A stretch of DNA of 64,000 nucleotides. Source: Eledone cirrhosa. Lineage: Eukaryota. Position numbers and translations under genes: made by a program. The stretch is from contig CAXHJY010000096.1 in the NCBI GenBank assembly GCA_964016885.1, positions 2,294,001 through 2,358,000 of the forward strand, in the 5' to 3' direction. This document shows, piece after piece, positions 1-12,200 of this stretch (its first letter is position 1; each line of letters starts with the position of its first letter). Below the pieces are notes generated by a model. It made no database searches, was not told the DNA's origin, and was given only the letters and a program-made list of their open reading frames with translations.

Positions 1-47
1 GAGATAATTTGTAAAAAAATCAAGGGGAGATAATTTCCAGCCGTCCA

Positions 48-165
48 AGGGAAGATAATTTCCAGCCCTCCAAGGGGCTATAATTTCCAGCGTCCAAGGG
101 GAGATAATTTCCAGCCAGCGAAGGGGAGATAATTTTTTTAAAAAAATCATTGGGAGATTTGTAAA
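48..165 (+). repeat. Recurrent diverged module GGGAAG...CCCTCC/GGGGCTATA...CAGCGTCC/CAGCGAAGG/TnAm-TCATTGGGAGATTTGT
   Basis: The same ordered variants recur about 20 times (e.g. ~1450, 3675, 10340, 13505, 15690, 23485, 27770, 33860, 38390, 43210, 49120, 53650, 63945). A shortened version occurs at ~20300, 30060, 36160, 45500 and 51420. Confidence 0.85.
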
Positions 166-497
166 AAAAATCAGGGGGAGATGATTTGTAAAAAAAATCA
201 AGGGGAGATAATTTCCAGCCGTCCAAGGGGAGGTAATATCTAGCCGTCCAAGGGTAGATAATTTCCAGCCGTCCAACGGGAGATAATTTCCAGCCGTCCA
301 AGGGTAGATAATATCCAGCCGCCCAAGGACATATTTTCCAGCCGTCCAAGGAGAGGTAATTTCTAGCCGTCCAAGGGGAGATAATTTCCAGCCGTCCAAG
401 GGTAGATAATATCCAGCCGTCCAAGGAGAGGTAATTTCTAGCCGTCCAAGGGGAGATAAATTCCAGCCTCCAAGGGGAGATAATTTCCAGCCAGCCA

Positions 498-745
498 AGG
501 GGAGATAATTTGTAAAAAAATCAGGGGGAGATAATTTGTAAAAAAAATCAGGGGGAGATAATTTGTAAAAAAAAATCAGGGGGAGATAATTTGTAAAAAA
601 AAATCAGGGGGAGATAATTTGCAAAAAAAATCAGGGGGAGATAATTTGTAAAAAAAAATCAGGGGTAGATAATTTGTAAAAAAAAATCAGGGGGAGATAA
701 TTTGTAAAAAAAAATCAGGGGGAGATAATTTGTAAAAAAAATCAA
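498..745 (+). repeat. Representative run of type-B A-tract monomers
   Basis: About nine consecutive GGGGGAGATAATTTGT(A7-9)TCA units, including TTTGC (~621) and GGGGTAG (~662) variants. Confidence 0.9.
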
Positions 746-1597
746 GGGGAGATAATTTCCAGCCGTCCAAGGAGAGATAATTTTAAAAAAAATCAGGCGG
801 AGATAATTTGTAAAAAAAAATCAGGGGGAGATAATTTGTAAAAAAAAATCAGGGGGAGATAATTTGTAAAAAAAAATCAGGGGGAGATAATTTGTAAAAA
901 AAATCAGGAGGAGATAATTTGTAAAAAAAATCAAGGGGAGATAATTTCCAGCCGTCCAAGGAGAGATAATTTTAAAAAAAATCAGGCGGAGATAATTTGT
1001 AAAAAAAAATCAGGGGGAGATAATTTGTAAAAAAAAATCAGGGGGAGATAATTTGTAAAAAAAAATCAAGGGGAGATAATTTCCAGCCGTCCAAGGGGAG
1101 ATAATTTTCAGCCGTCCAAGGAGAGGTAATTTCTAACCGTCCGAGGAGAGATAATTTCCAGCCGTCCAAGGGGAGATAATTTCCAGCCGTCCAAGGGGAG
1201 ATAATTTCCAGCCGTCCAAGGAGACATATTTTCCAGCCGTCCAAGGAGAGGTAATTTCTAGCCGTCCAAGGGGAGATAAATTCCAGCCTCCAAGGGGAGA
1301 TAATTTCCAGCCAGCCAAGGGGAGATAATTTGTAAAAAAATCAGGGGGAGATAATTAGCAAAAAAAATCAGGGGGAGATAATTTGTAAAAAAAATCAGGG
1401 GGAGATAATTTGTAAAAAATAATCAGGGGGAGATAATTTCCAGCCGTCCAAGGGAAGATAATTTCCAGCCCTCCAAGGGGCTATAATTTCCAGTGTCCAA
1501 GGGGAGATAATTTCCAGCCAGCGAAGGGGAGATAATTTTTTTTAAAAAATCATTGGGAGATTTGTAAAAAAAATCAGGGGGAGATAATTTGTAAAAA

Positions 1598-2150
1598 AAA
1601 TCAAGGGGAGATAATTTCCAGCCGTCCAAGGGGAGGTAATATCTAGCCGTCCAAGGGGAGATAATTTCCAGCCGTCCAAGGGGAGATAATTTCCAGCCGT
1701 CCAAGGGTAGATAATTTCCAGCCGTCCAACGGGAGATAATTTCCAGCCGTCCAAGGGTAGATAATATCCAGCCGCCCAAGGACATATTTTCCAGCCGTCC
1801 AAGGAGAGGTAATTTCTAGCCGTCCAAGGGGAGATAATTTCCAGCCGTCCAAGGGGAGGTAATATCTAGCCGTCCAAGGGTAGATAATTTCCAGCCGTCC
1901 AACGGGAGATAATTTCCAGCCGTCCAAGGGTAGATAATATCCAGCCGCCCAAGGACATATTTTCCAGCCGTCCAAGGAGAGGTAATTTCTAGCCGTCCAA
2001 GGGGAGATAATTTCCAGCCGTCCAAGGGTAGATAATATCCAGCCGTCCAAGGACATATTTTCCAGCCGTCCAAGGAGAGGTAATTTCTAGCCGTCCAAGG
2101 GGAGATAAATTCCAGCCTCCAAGGGGAGATAATTTCCAGCCAGCCAAGGG
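1598..2150 (+). repeat. Long uninterrupted run of type-A 25-bp monomers (~22 units) with an internal duplication
   Basis: No A-tract monomer in this span. The variant GCCGCCCAAGGACAT recurs at ~1771 and ~1944, and GGAGGTAATATCTAG at ~1632 and ~1855. The run is copied at ~55200-55752. Confidence 0.9.
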
Positions 2151-4147
2151 GAGATAATTTGTAAAAAAAATCAAGGGGAGATAATTTCCAGCCGTCCAAG
2201 GAGAGATAATTTTAAAAAAAATCAGGCGGAGATAATTTGTAAAAAAAAATCAGGGGGAGATAATTTGTAAAAAAAAATCAGGGGGAGATAATTTGTAAAA
2301 AAAAATCAGGGGGAGATAATTTGTAAAAAAAATCAGGAGGAGATAATTTGTAAAAAAAATCAAGGGGAGATAATTTCCAGCCGTCCAAGGAGAGATAATT
2401 TAAAAAAAAATCAGGCGGAGATAATTTGTAAAAAAAAATCAGGGGGAGATAATTTGTAAAAAAAAATCAGGGGGAGATAATTTGTAAAAAAAAATCAAGG
2501 GGAGATAATTTCCAGCCGTCCAAGGGGAGATAATTTTCAGCCGTCCAAGGGGAGATAATTTCCAGCCGTCCAAGGAGACATATTTTCCAGCCGTCCAAGG
2601 AGAGGTAATTTCTAGCCGTCCAAGGGGAGATAAATTCCAGCCTCCAAGGGGAGATAATTTCCAGCCAGCCAAGGGGAGATAATTTGTAAAAAAATCAGGG
2701 GGAGATAATTTGCAAAAAAAATCAGGGGGAGATAATTTGTAAAAAAAATCAGGGGGAGATAATTTGTAAAAAATAATCAGGGGGAGATAATTTCCAGCCG
2801 TCGAAGGGGAGATAATTTTAAAAAAAATCAGGCGGAGATAATTTGTAAAAAAAAATCAGGGGGAGATAATTTGTAAAAAAAAATCAGGGGGAGATAATTT
2901 GTAAAATAAATCAAGGGGAGATAATTTCCAGCCGTCCAAGGGGAGATAATTTCCCGCCAGCCAAGGGAAGATAATATTTAAAAAAATTAGGCGGAGTTAA
3001 TTTGTAAAAAAAATCAGGGGGAGATAATTTGTAAAAAAATCAGGGGGAGATAATTTGTAAAAAAAATCAGGGGGAGATAATTTGTAAAAAAAATCATGGG
3101 GAGATAATTTGTAAAAAAAAATCAGGGGTAGATAATTTGTAAAAGAAAATCAGGGGGAGATAATTTGTAAAAAAAAATCAGGGGGAGATAATTTGTAAAA
3201 AAAATCAAGGGGAGATAATTTCCAGCCGTCCAAGGGGAGATAATTTTCAGCCGTCCAAGGAGAGGTAATTTCTAGCCGTCCAAGGGGAGATAATTTCCAG
3301 CCGTCCAAGGGGAGGTAATTTCCAGCCGTCCAAGGGGAGATAATTTTAAAAAAAAAATCAGGCGGAGATAATTTGTAAAAAAAATCAAGGGGAGATAATT
3401 TGCAGCCGTCCAAGGGGAGATAATTTTCAGTCGTCCAAGGAGAGGTAATTTCTAGCCGTCCAAGGGGAGATAATTGCCAGCCGTCCAAGGGGAGATAATT
3501 TCCAGCCGTCCAAGGGGAGATAATTTTTTTTAAAAAATCAGGCGGAGATAATTTGTAAAAAAAATCAGGGGGAGATAATTTGTAAACAAAATCAGGGGGA
3601 GATAATTTGTAAAAAAAAATCAGGGGGAGATAATTTGTAAAAAAAATCAAGGGGAGATAATTTCCAGCCGTCCAAGGGAAGATAATTTCCAGCCCTCCAA
3701 GGGGCTATAATTTCCAGCGTCCAAGGGGAGATAATTTCCAGCCAGCGAAGGGGAGATAATTTTTTTTAAAATATCATTGGGAGATTTGTAAAAAAAATCA
3801 GGGGGAGATAATTTGTAAAAAAAATCAAGGGGAGATAATTTCCAGCCGTCCAAGGGGAGGTAATATCTAGCCGTCCAAGGGGAGATAATTTCCAGCCGTC
3901 CAAGGGGAGATAATTTCCAGCCGTCCAAGGGTAGATAATATCCAGCCGTCCAAGGACATATTTTCCAGCCGTCCAAGGAGAGGTAATTTCTAGCCGTCCA
4001 AGGGGAGATAAATTCCAGCCTCCAAGGGGAGATAATTTCCAGCCAGCCAAGGGGAGATAATTTGTAAAAAAATCAGGGGGAGATAATTTGTAAAAAAAAT
4101 CAGGGGGAGATAATTTGTAAAAAAAAATCAGGGGGAGATAATTTGTT

Positions 4148-7100
4148 AAAAAAAATCAGGGGGAGATAATTTGTAAAAAAAAATCAGGGGGAGATAATTT
4201 GTAAAAAAAATCAAGGGGAGATAATTTCCAGCCGTCCAAGGGGAGATAATTTTCAGCCGTCCAAGGGGAGATAATTTCCCGCCAGCCAAGGGAAGATAAT
4301 ATTTAAAAAAATCAGGCGGAGATAATTTGTAAAAAAAATCAGGGGGAGATAATTTGTAAAAAATTCAGGGGGAGATAATTTGTAAAAAAAAAATCAGGGG
4401 GAGATAATTTGTACAAAAAATCAGGGGGAGATAATTTGTAAAAAAAAATCAGGGGTAGATAATTTGTAAAAAAAATCAGGGGGAGATAATTTGTAAAAAA
4501 AATGAAAGGGGAGATAATATCCAGCCGTCCAAGGGGAGATAATTTCCAGCCGTCCAAGGGGAGATAATTTCCAGCCGTCCAAGGGGAGATAATTTCCATC
4601 CTTCCAAGGGGATATAATTTCCAGCCGTCCAAGGGGAGATAATTTCCCGCCAGCCAAGGGAAGATAATTTTTTAAAAAATCAGGCGGAGATTGTAAAAAA
4701 AATCAGGGGGGAGATAATTTGTAAAAAAATCAGGGGGAGATAATTTGTAAAAAAAAATCAGGGGGAGATAATTTGTAAAAAATAATCAGGGGGAGATAAT
4801 TTGTAAAAAAAAATCAAGGGGAGATAATTTCCAGCCGTCCAAGGGGAGATAATTTCCATCCTTCCAAGGGGATATAATTTCCAGCCGTCCAAGGGGAGAT
4901 AATTTCCCGCCAGCCAAGGGAAGATGATTTTTAAAAAAATCAGGCGGAGATTGTAAAAAAAATCAGGGGGGGAGATAATTTGTAAAAAAATCAGGGGGAG
5001 ATAATTTGTAAAAAAAAATCAGGGGGAGATAATTTGTAAAAAAAAATCAGGGGGAGATAATTTGTAAAAAAAAATCAGGGGGAGATAATTTGTAAAAAAA
5101 ATTAGGCGTAGATAATTTGTAAAAAAAAATCAGGGGGAGATAATTTGTAAAAAAAAATCAGGGGGAGATAATTTGTTTAAAAAATCAAGGGGAGATAATT
5201 TGCAGCCGTCCAAGGGGAGATAGTTTTCAGCCGTCCAAGGAGAGGTAATTTCTAGCCGTTCAAGGGGAGATAATTTCCAGCCGTCCAAGGGGAAATAATT
5301 TCCAGCCGTCCAAGGGGAGATAATTTTTTTTAAAAAATCAGGCGGAGATAATTTGTAAAAAAAATCAGGGGGAGATAATTCGTAAAAAAAACAGGGGGAG
5401 ATAATTTGTAAAAAAAAATCAGGGGGAGATAATTTGTAAAAAAAATCAAGGGGAGATAATTTCCAGCCGTCCAAGGGGAGGTAATATCTAGCCGTCCAAG
5501 GGGAGATAATTTCCAGCCGTCCAAGGGGAGATAATTTTTTTTAAAAAATCAGGCGGAGATAATTTGTAAAAAAAAATCAGGGGGAGATAATTCGTAAAAA
5601 AAAATCAGGGGGAGATAATTTGTAAAAAAAATCAAGGAGAGATAATTTCCAGCCGTCCAAGGGGAGATAATTTCCAGCCGTCCAAGGAGACATATTTTCC
5701 AGCCGTCCAAGGCGAGGTAATTTCTAGCCGTCCAAGGGGAGATAAATTCCAGCCTCCAAGGGGAGATAATTTCCAGCCAGCCAAGTGGAGATAATTTGTA
5801 AAAAAATCAGGGGGAGATAATTTGTAAAAAATATCAGGGAGATAATTTGTAAAAAAAAATCAGGGGGAGATAATTTGTAAAAAAAATCAGGGGGAGATAA
5901 TTTGTAAAAAAAAATCAGGGGGAGATAATTTGTAAAAAAAATCAAGGGGTGATACTTTCCAGCCGTCCAAGGGGAGATAATTTTCAGCCGTCCAAGGGGA
6001 GATAATTTCCCGCCAGCCAAGGGAAGATAATTTCTAAATAAATCAGGCGGAGATTGTAAAAAAAATCAGGGGGGAGATAATTTGTAAAAAAATCAGGGGG
6101 AGATAATTTGTAAAAAATAATCAGAGGGAGATAATTTGTAAAAAAATTCAAGGGGAGATAATTTCCAGCCGTCCAAGGGAAGATAATTTCCCGCCAGCCA
6201 AGGGAAGATAATATTTAAAAAAATTAGGCGGAGATAATTTGTAAAAAAAATCAGGGGGAGATAATTTGTAAAAAAATCAGGGGGAGATAATTTGTAAAAA
6301 AAATCAGGGGGAGATAATTTGTAAAAAAAATTATGGGGAGATAATTTGTAAAAAAAAATCAGGGGTAGATAATTTGTAAAAAAAAATCAGGGGGAGATAA
6401 TTTGTAAAAAAAAATCAGGGGGAGATAATTTGTAAAAAAAATCAAGGGGAGATAATTTCCAGCCGTCCAAGGGGAGATAATTTTCAGCCGTCCAAGGGGA
6501 GATAATTTCCCGCCAGCCAAGGGAAGATAATATTTAAAAAAATCAGGCGGAGATAATTTGTAAAAAAAATCAGGGGGAGATAATTTGTAAAAAATTCAGG
6601 GGGAGATAATTTGTAAAAAAAAAATCAGGGGGAGATAATTTGTAAAAAAAATCAGGGGGAGATAATTTGTAAAAAAAAATCAGGGGTAGATAATTTGTAA
6701 AAAAAATCAGGGGGAGATAATTTGTAAAAAAAATGAAAGGGGAGATAATATCCAGCCGTCCAAGGGGAGATAATTTCCAGCCGTCCAAGGGGAGATAATT
6801 TCCAGCCGTCCAAGGGGAGATAATTTCCATCCTTCCAAGGGGATATAATTTCCAGCCGTCCAAGGGGAGATAATTTCCCGCCAGCCAAGGGAAGATAATT
6901 TTTTAAAAAATCAGGCGGAGATTGTAAAAAAAATCAGGGGGGAGATAATTTGTAAAAAAATCAGGGGGAGATAATTTGTAAAAAAAAATCAGGGGGAGAT
7001 AATTTGTAAAAAATAATCAGGGGGAGATAATTTGTAAAAAAAAATCAAGGGGAGATAATTTCCAGCCGTCCAAGGGGAGATAATTTCCATCCTTCCAAGG

Positions 7101-8687
7101 GGATATAATTTCCAGCCGTCCAAGGGGAGATAATTTCCCGCCAGCCAAGGGAAGATGATTTTTAAAAAAATCAGGCGGAGATTGTAAAAAAAATCAGGGG
7201 GGGAGATAATTTGTAAAAAAATCAGGGGGAGATAATTTGTAAAAAAAAAATCAGGGGGAGATAATTTGTAAAAAAAAATCAGGGGGAGATAATTTGTAAA
7301 AAAAAATCAGGGGGAGATAATTTGTAAAAAAAATTAGGCGTAGATAATTTGTAAAAAAAAATCAGGGGGAGATAATTTGTAAAAAAAAATCAGGGGGAGA
7401 TAATTTGTTTAAAAAATCAAGGGGAGATAATTTGCAGCCGTCCAAGGGGAGATAGTTTTCAGCCGTCCAAGGAGAGGTAATTTCTAGCCGTTCAAGGGGA
7501 GATAATTTCCAGCCGTCCAAGGGGAAATAATTTCCAGCCGTCCAAGGGGAGATAATTTTTTTTAAAAAATCAGGCGGAGATAATTTGTAAAAAAAATCAG
7601 GGGGAGATAATTCGTAAAAAAAACAGGGGGAGATAATTTGTAAAAAAAAATCAGGGGGAGATAATTTGTAAAAAAAATCAAGGGGAGATAATTTCCAGCC
7701 GTCCAAGGGGAGGTAATATCTAGCCGTCCAAGGGGAGATAATTTCCAGCCGTCCAAGGGGAGATAATTTTTTTTAAAAAATCAGGCGGAGATAATTTGTA
7801 AAAAAAATCAGGGGGAGATAATTCGTAAAAAAAAATCAGGGGGAGATAATTTGTAAAAAAAATCAAGGAGAGATAATTTCCAGCCGTCCAAGGGGAGATA
7901 ATTTCCAGCCGTCCAAGGAGACATATTTTCCAGCCGTCCAAGGCGAGGTAATTTCTAGCCGTCCAAGGGGAGATAAATTCCAGCCTCCAAGGGGAGATAA
8001 TTTCCAGCCAGCCAAGTGGAGATAATTTGTAAAAAAATCAGGGGGAGATAATTTGTAAAAAATATCAGGGAGATAATTTGTAAAAAAAAATCAGGGGGAG
8101 ATAATTTGTAAAAAAAATCAGGGGGAGATAATTTGTAAAAAAAAATCAGGGGGAGATAATTTGTAAAAAAAATCAAGGGGTGATAATTTCCAGCCGTCCA
8201 AGGGGAGATAATTTTCAGCCGTCCAAGGGGAGATAATTTCCCGCCAGCCAAGGGAAGATAATTTCTAAATAAATCAGGCGGAGATTGTAAAAAAAATCAG
8301 GGGGGAGATAATTTGTAAAAAAATCAGGGGGAGATAATTTGTAAAAAATAATCAGAGGGAGATAATTTGTAAAAAAATTCAAGGGGAGATAATTTCCAGC
8401 CGTCCAAGGGAAGATAATTTCCCGCCAGCCAAGGGAAGATAATATTTAAAAAAATTAGGCGGAGATAATTTGTAAAAAAAATCAGGGGGAGATAATTTGT
8501 AAAAAAATCAGGGGGAGATAATTTGTAAAAAAAATCAGGGGGAGATAATTTGTAAAAAAAATTATGGGGAGATAATTTGTAAAAAAAAATCAGGGGTAGA
8601 TAATTTGTAAAAAAAAATCAGGGGGAGATAATTTGTAAAAAAAAATCAGGGGGAGATAATTTGTAAAAAAAATCAAGGGGAGATAAT
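4148..8687 (+). repeat. Tandem duplication of a ~2,231-bp segment
   Basis: ORF offsets 4339/6570, 5130/7362 and 5724/7955. Both copies carry GATAGTTTTC, AAACAGGGG, CCAAGTGG, GGGGTGATA and TTCTAAATAAATC. The pair is repeated at ~57750-62290. Confidence 0.92.
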
Positions 8688-9249
8688 ATCCAGCCGTCCA
8701 AGGAGAGATAATTTTTAAAAAAAATGAGGCGGAGATAATTTGTAAAAAAAAAATCAGGGGGAGTTAATTTGTAAAAAAAAATGAGGGGGAGATAATTTGT
8801 AAAAAAAATCAAGGGGAGATAATTTCCAGCCGTCCAAGGGGAGATAATTTTCAGCCGTCCAAGGAGAGGTAATTTCTAGCCGTCGAAGGGGAGATAATTT
8901 CCAGCCGTCCAAGGGGAGGTCATTTCCAGCCGTCCAAGGGGAGATAATTTTTAAAAAAAAATCAGGCGGAGATAATTTGTAAAAAAAATCAAGGGGAGAT
9001 AATTTGCAGCCGTCCAAGGGGAGATAATTTTCAGTCGTCCAAGGAGAGGTAATTTCTAGCCGTCCAAGGGGAGATAATTTCCAGCCGTCCAAGGGGAGAT
9101 AATTTCCAGCCGTCCAAGGGGAGATAATTTTTTTTAAAAAATCAGGCGGAGATAATTTGTAAAAAAAATCAGGAGGAGATAATTTGTAAAAAAAAATCAG
9201 GGGGAGATAATTTGTAAAAAAAATTAGGCGTAGATAATTTGTAAAAAAA

Positions 9250-12200
9250 AATCAGGGGGAGATAATTTGTAAAAAAAAATCAGGGGGAGATAATTTGTTT
9301 AAAAAATCAAGGGGAGATAATTTGCAGCCGTCCAAGGGGAGATAATTTTCAGCCGTCCAAGGAGACGTAATTTCTAGCCGTTCAAGGGGAGATAATTTCC
9401 AGCCGTCCAAGGGGAGATAATTTCCAGCCGTCCAAGGGGAGATAATTTTTTTTAAAAAATCAGGCGGAGATAATTTGTAAAAAAAATCAGGGGGAGATAA
9501 TTCGTAAAAAAAAATCAGGGGGAGATAATTTGTAAAAAAAAATCAGGGGCAGATAATTTGTAAAAAAAATCAAGGGGAGATAATTTCCAGCCGTCCAAGG
9601 GGAGGTAATATCTAGCCGTCCAAGGGGAGATAATTTCCAGCCGTCCAAGGGGAGATAATTTCCAGCCGTCCAAGGGGAGATAATTTCCAGCCGTCCAAGG
9701 AGACATATTTTCCAGCCGTCCAAGGCGAGGTAATTTCTAGCCGTCCAAGGGGAGATAAATTCCAGCCTCCAAGGGGAGATAATTTCCAGCCAGCCAAGGG
9801 GAGATAATTTGTAAAAAAATCAGGGGGAGATAATTTGTAAAAAATATCAGGGAGATAATTTGTAAAAAAAAATCAGGGGGAGATAATTTGTAAAAAAAAT
9901 CAGGGGGAGATAATTTGTAAAAAAAAATCAGGGGGAGATAATTTGTAAAAAAAATCAAGGGGAGATAATTTCCAGCCGTCCAAGGGGAGATAATTTTCAG
10001 CCGTCCAAGGAGAGGTAATTTCTAACCGTCCGAGGAGAGATAATTTCCAGCCGTCCAAGGGGAGATAATTTCCAGCCGTCCAAGGGGAGATAATTTCCAG
10101 CCGTCCAAGGAGACATATTTTCCAGCCGTCCAAGGAGAGGTAATTTCTAGCCGTCCAAGGGGAGATAAATTCCAGCCTCCAAGGGGAGATAATTTCCAGC
10201 CAGCCAAGGGGAGATAATTTGTAAAAAAATCAGGGGGAGATAATTTGCAAAAAAAATCAGGGGGAGATAATTTGTAAAAAAAATCAGGGGGAGATAATTT
10301 GTAAAAAATAATCAGGGGGAGATAATTTCCAGCCGTCCAAGGGAAGATAATTTCCAGCCCTCCAAGGGGCTATAATTTCCAGTGTCCAAGGGGAGATAAT
10401 TTCCAGCCAGCGAAGGGGAGATAATTTTTTTTAAAAAATCATTGGGAGATTTGTAAAAAAAATCAGGGGGAGATAATTTGTAAAAAAAATCAAGGGGAGA
10501 TAATTTCCAGCCGTCCAAGGGGAGGTAATATCTAGCCGTCCAAGGGGAGATAATTTCCAGCCGTCCAAGGGGAGATAATTTCCAGCCGTCCAAGGGTAGA
10601 TAATATCCAGCCGCCCAAGGACATATTTTCCAGCCGTCCAAGGAGAGGTAATTTCTAGCCGTCCAAGGGGAGATAAATTCCAGCCTCCAAGAGGAGATAA
10701 TTTCCAGCCAGCCAAGGGGAGATAATTTGTAAAAAAATCAGGGGGAGATAATTTGTAAAAAAAATCAGGGGGAGATAATTTGTAAAAAAAAATCAGGGGG
10801 AGATAATTTCTAAAAAAAAATCAGGGGGAGATAATTTGCAAAAAAAAATCAGGGGGAGATAATTTGTAAAAAAAAATCAGGGGTAGATAATTTGTAAAAA
10901 AAAATCAGGGGGAGATAATTTGTAAAAAAAAATCAGGGGGAGATAATTTGTAAAAAAAATCAAGGGGAGATAATTTCCAGCCGTCCAAGGAGAGATAATT
11001 TTAAAAAAAATCAGGAGGAGATAATTTGTAAAAAAAAATCAGGGGGAGATAATTTGTAAAAAAAATCAGGGGGAGATAATTTGTAAAAAAAAATCAGGGG
11101 TAGATAATTTGTAAAAAAAAATCAGGGGGAGATAATTTGTAAAAAAAAATCAGGGGGAGATAATTTGTAAAAAAAATCAAGGGGAGATAATTTCCAGCCG
11201 TCCAAGGAGAGATAATTTAAAAAAAAATCAGGCGGAGATAATTTGTAAAAAAAAATTAGGGGGAGATAATTTGTAAAAAAAAATCAGGGGGAGATAATTT
11301 GTAAAAAAATTCAAGGGGAGATAATTTCCAGCCGTCCAAGGGGAGATAATTTTCAGCCGTCCAAGGGGAGATAATTTCCCGCCAGCCAAGGGAAGATAAT
11401 ATTCAAAAAAATCAGGCGGAGATAATTTGTAAAAAAAATCAGGGGGAGATAATTTGTAAAAAAATCAGGGGGAGATAATTTGTAAAAAAAAAAATCAGGG
11501 GGAGATAATTTGTAAAAAAAATCAGGGGGAGATAATTTGTAAAAAAAAATCAGGGGTAGATAATTTGTAAAAAAAAATCAGGGGGAGATAATTTGTAAAA
11601 AAAAATCAGGGGGAGATAATTTGTAAAAAAAATGAAAGGGGAGATAATATCCAGCCGTCCAAGGGGAGATAATTTCCAGCCGTCCAAGGGGAGATAATTT
11701 CCAGCCGTCCAAGGGGAGAAAATTTCCATCCTTCCAAGGGGATATAATTTCCAGCCGTCCAAGGGGAGATAATTTCCATCCTTCCAAGGGGATATAATTT
11801 CCAGCCGTCCAAGGGGAGATAATTTTCAGCCGTCCAAGGAGAGGTAATTTCTAGCCGTCCAAGGAGAGATAATTTCCAGCCGTCCAAGGGGAGATAATTT
11901 CCAGCCGTCCAAGGGGAGATAATTTCCAGCCGTCCAAGGAGACATATTTTCCAGCCGTCCAAGGAGAGGTAATTCCTAGCCGTCCAAGGGGAGATAAATT
12001 CCAGCCTCCAAGGGGAGATAATTTCCAGCCAGCCAAGGGGAGATAATTTGTAAAAAAAATCAGGGGGAGATAATTTCTAAAAAAAATCAGGGGGAGATAA
12101 TTTGTAAAAAAAAATCAGGGGGAGATAATTTGTAAAAAATAATCAGGGGGAGATAATTTGTAAAAAAAATCAAGGGGAGATAATTTCCAGCCGTCCAAGG

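Larger units (their letters stand above)
1..10396 (+). repeat. Copy 1 (visible part) of a ~53.6-kb-period higher-order repeat
   Basis: ORF track entries recur at offsets of 53,602-53,604 (20/53622, 1038/54640, 5724/59327, 10022/63626). Rare variants are shared, e.g. ATAATTAGCA, TAATTGCCAG, GATACTTTCC, GGTCATTT. Confidence 0.93.

Noticed and set aside
498-745. G-quadruplex array from G4-G5 runs
   Set aside because: G-runs are separated by ~21-23 nt loops, far beyond canonical 1-7 nt loops, so stable intramolecular G4 is doubtful.
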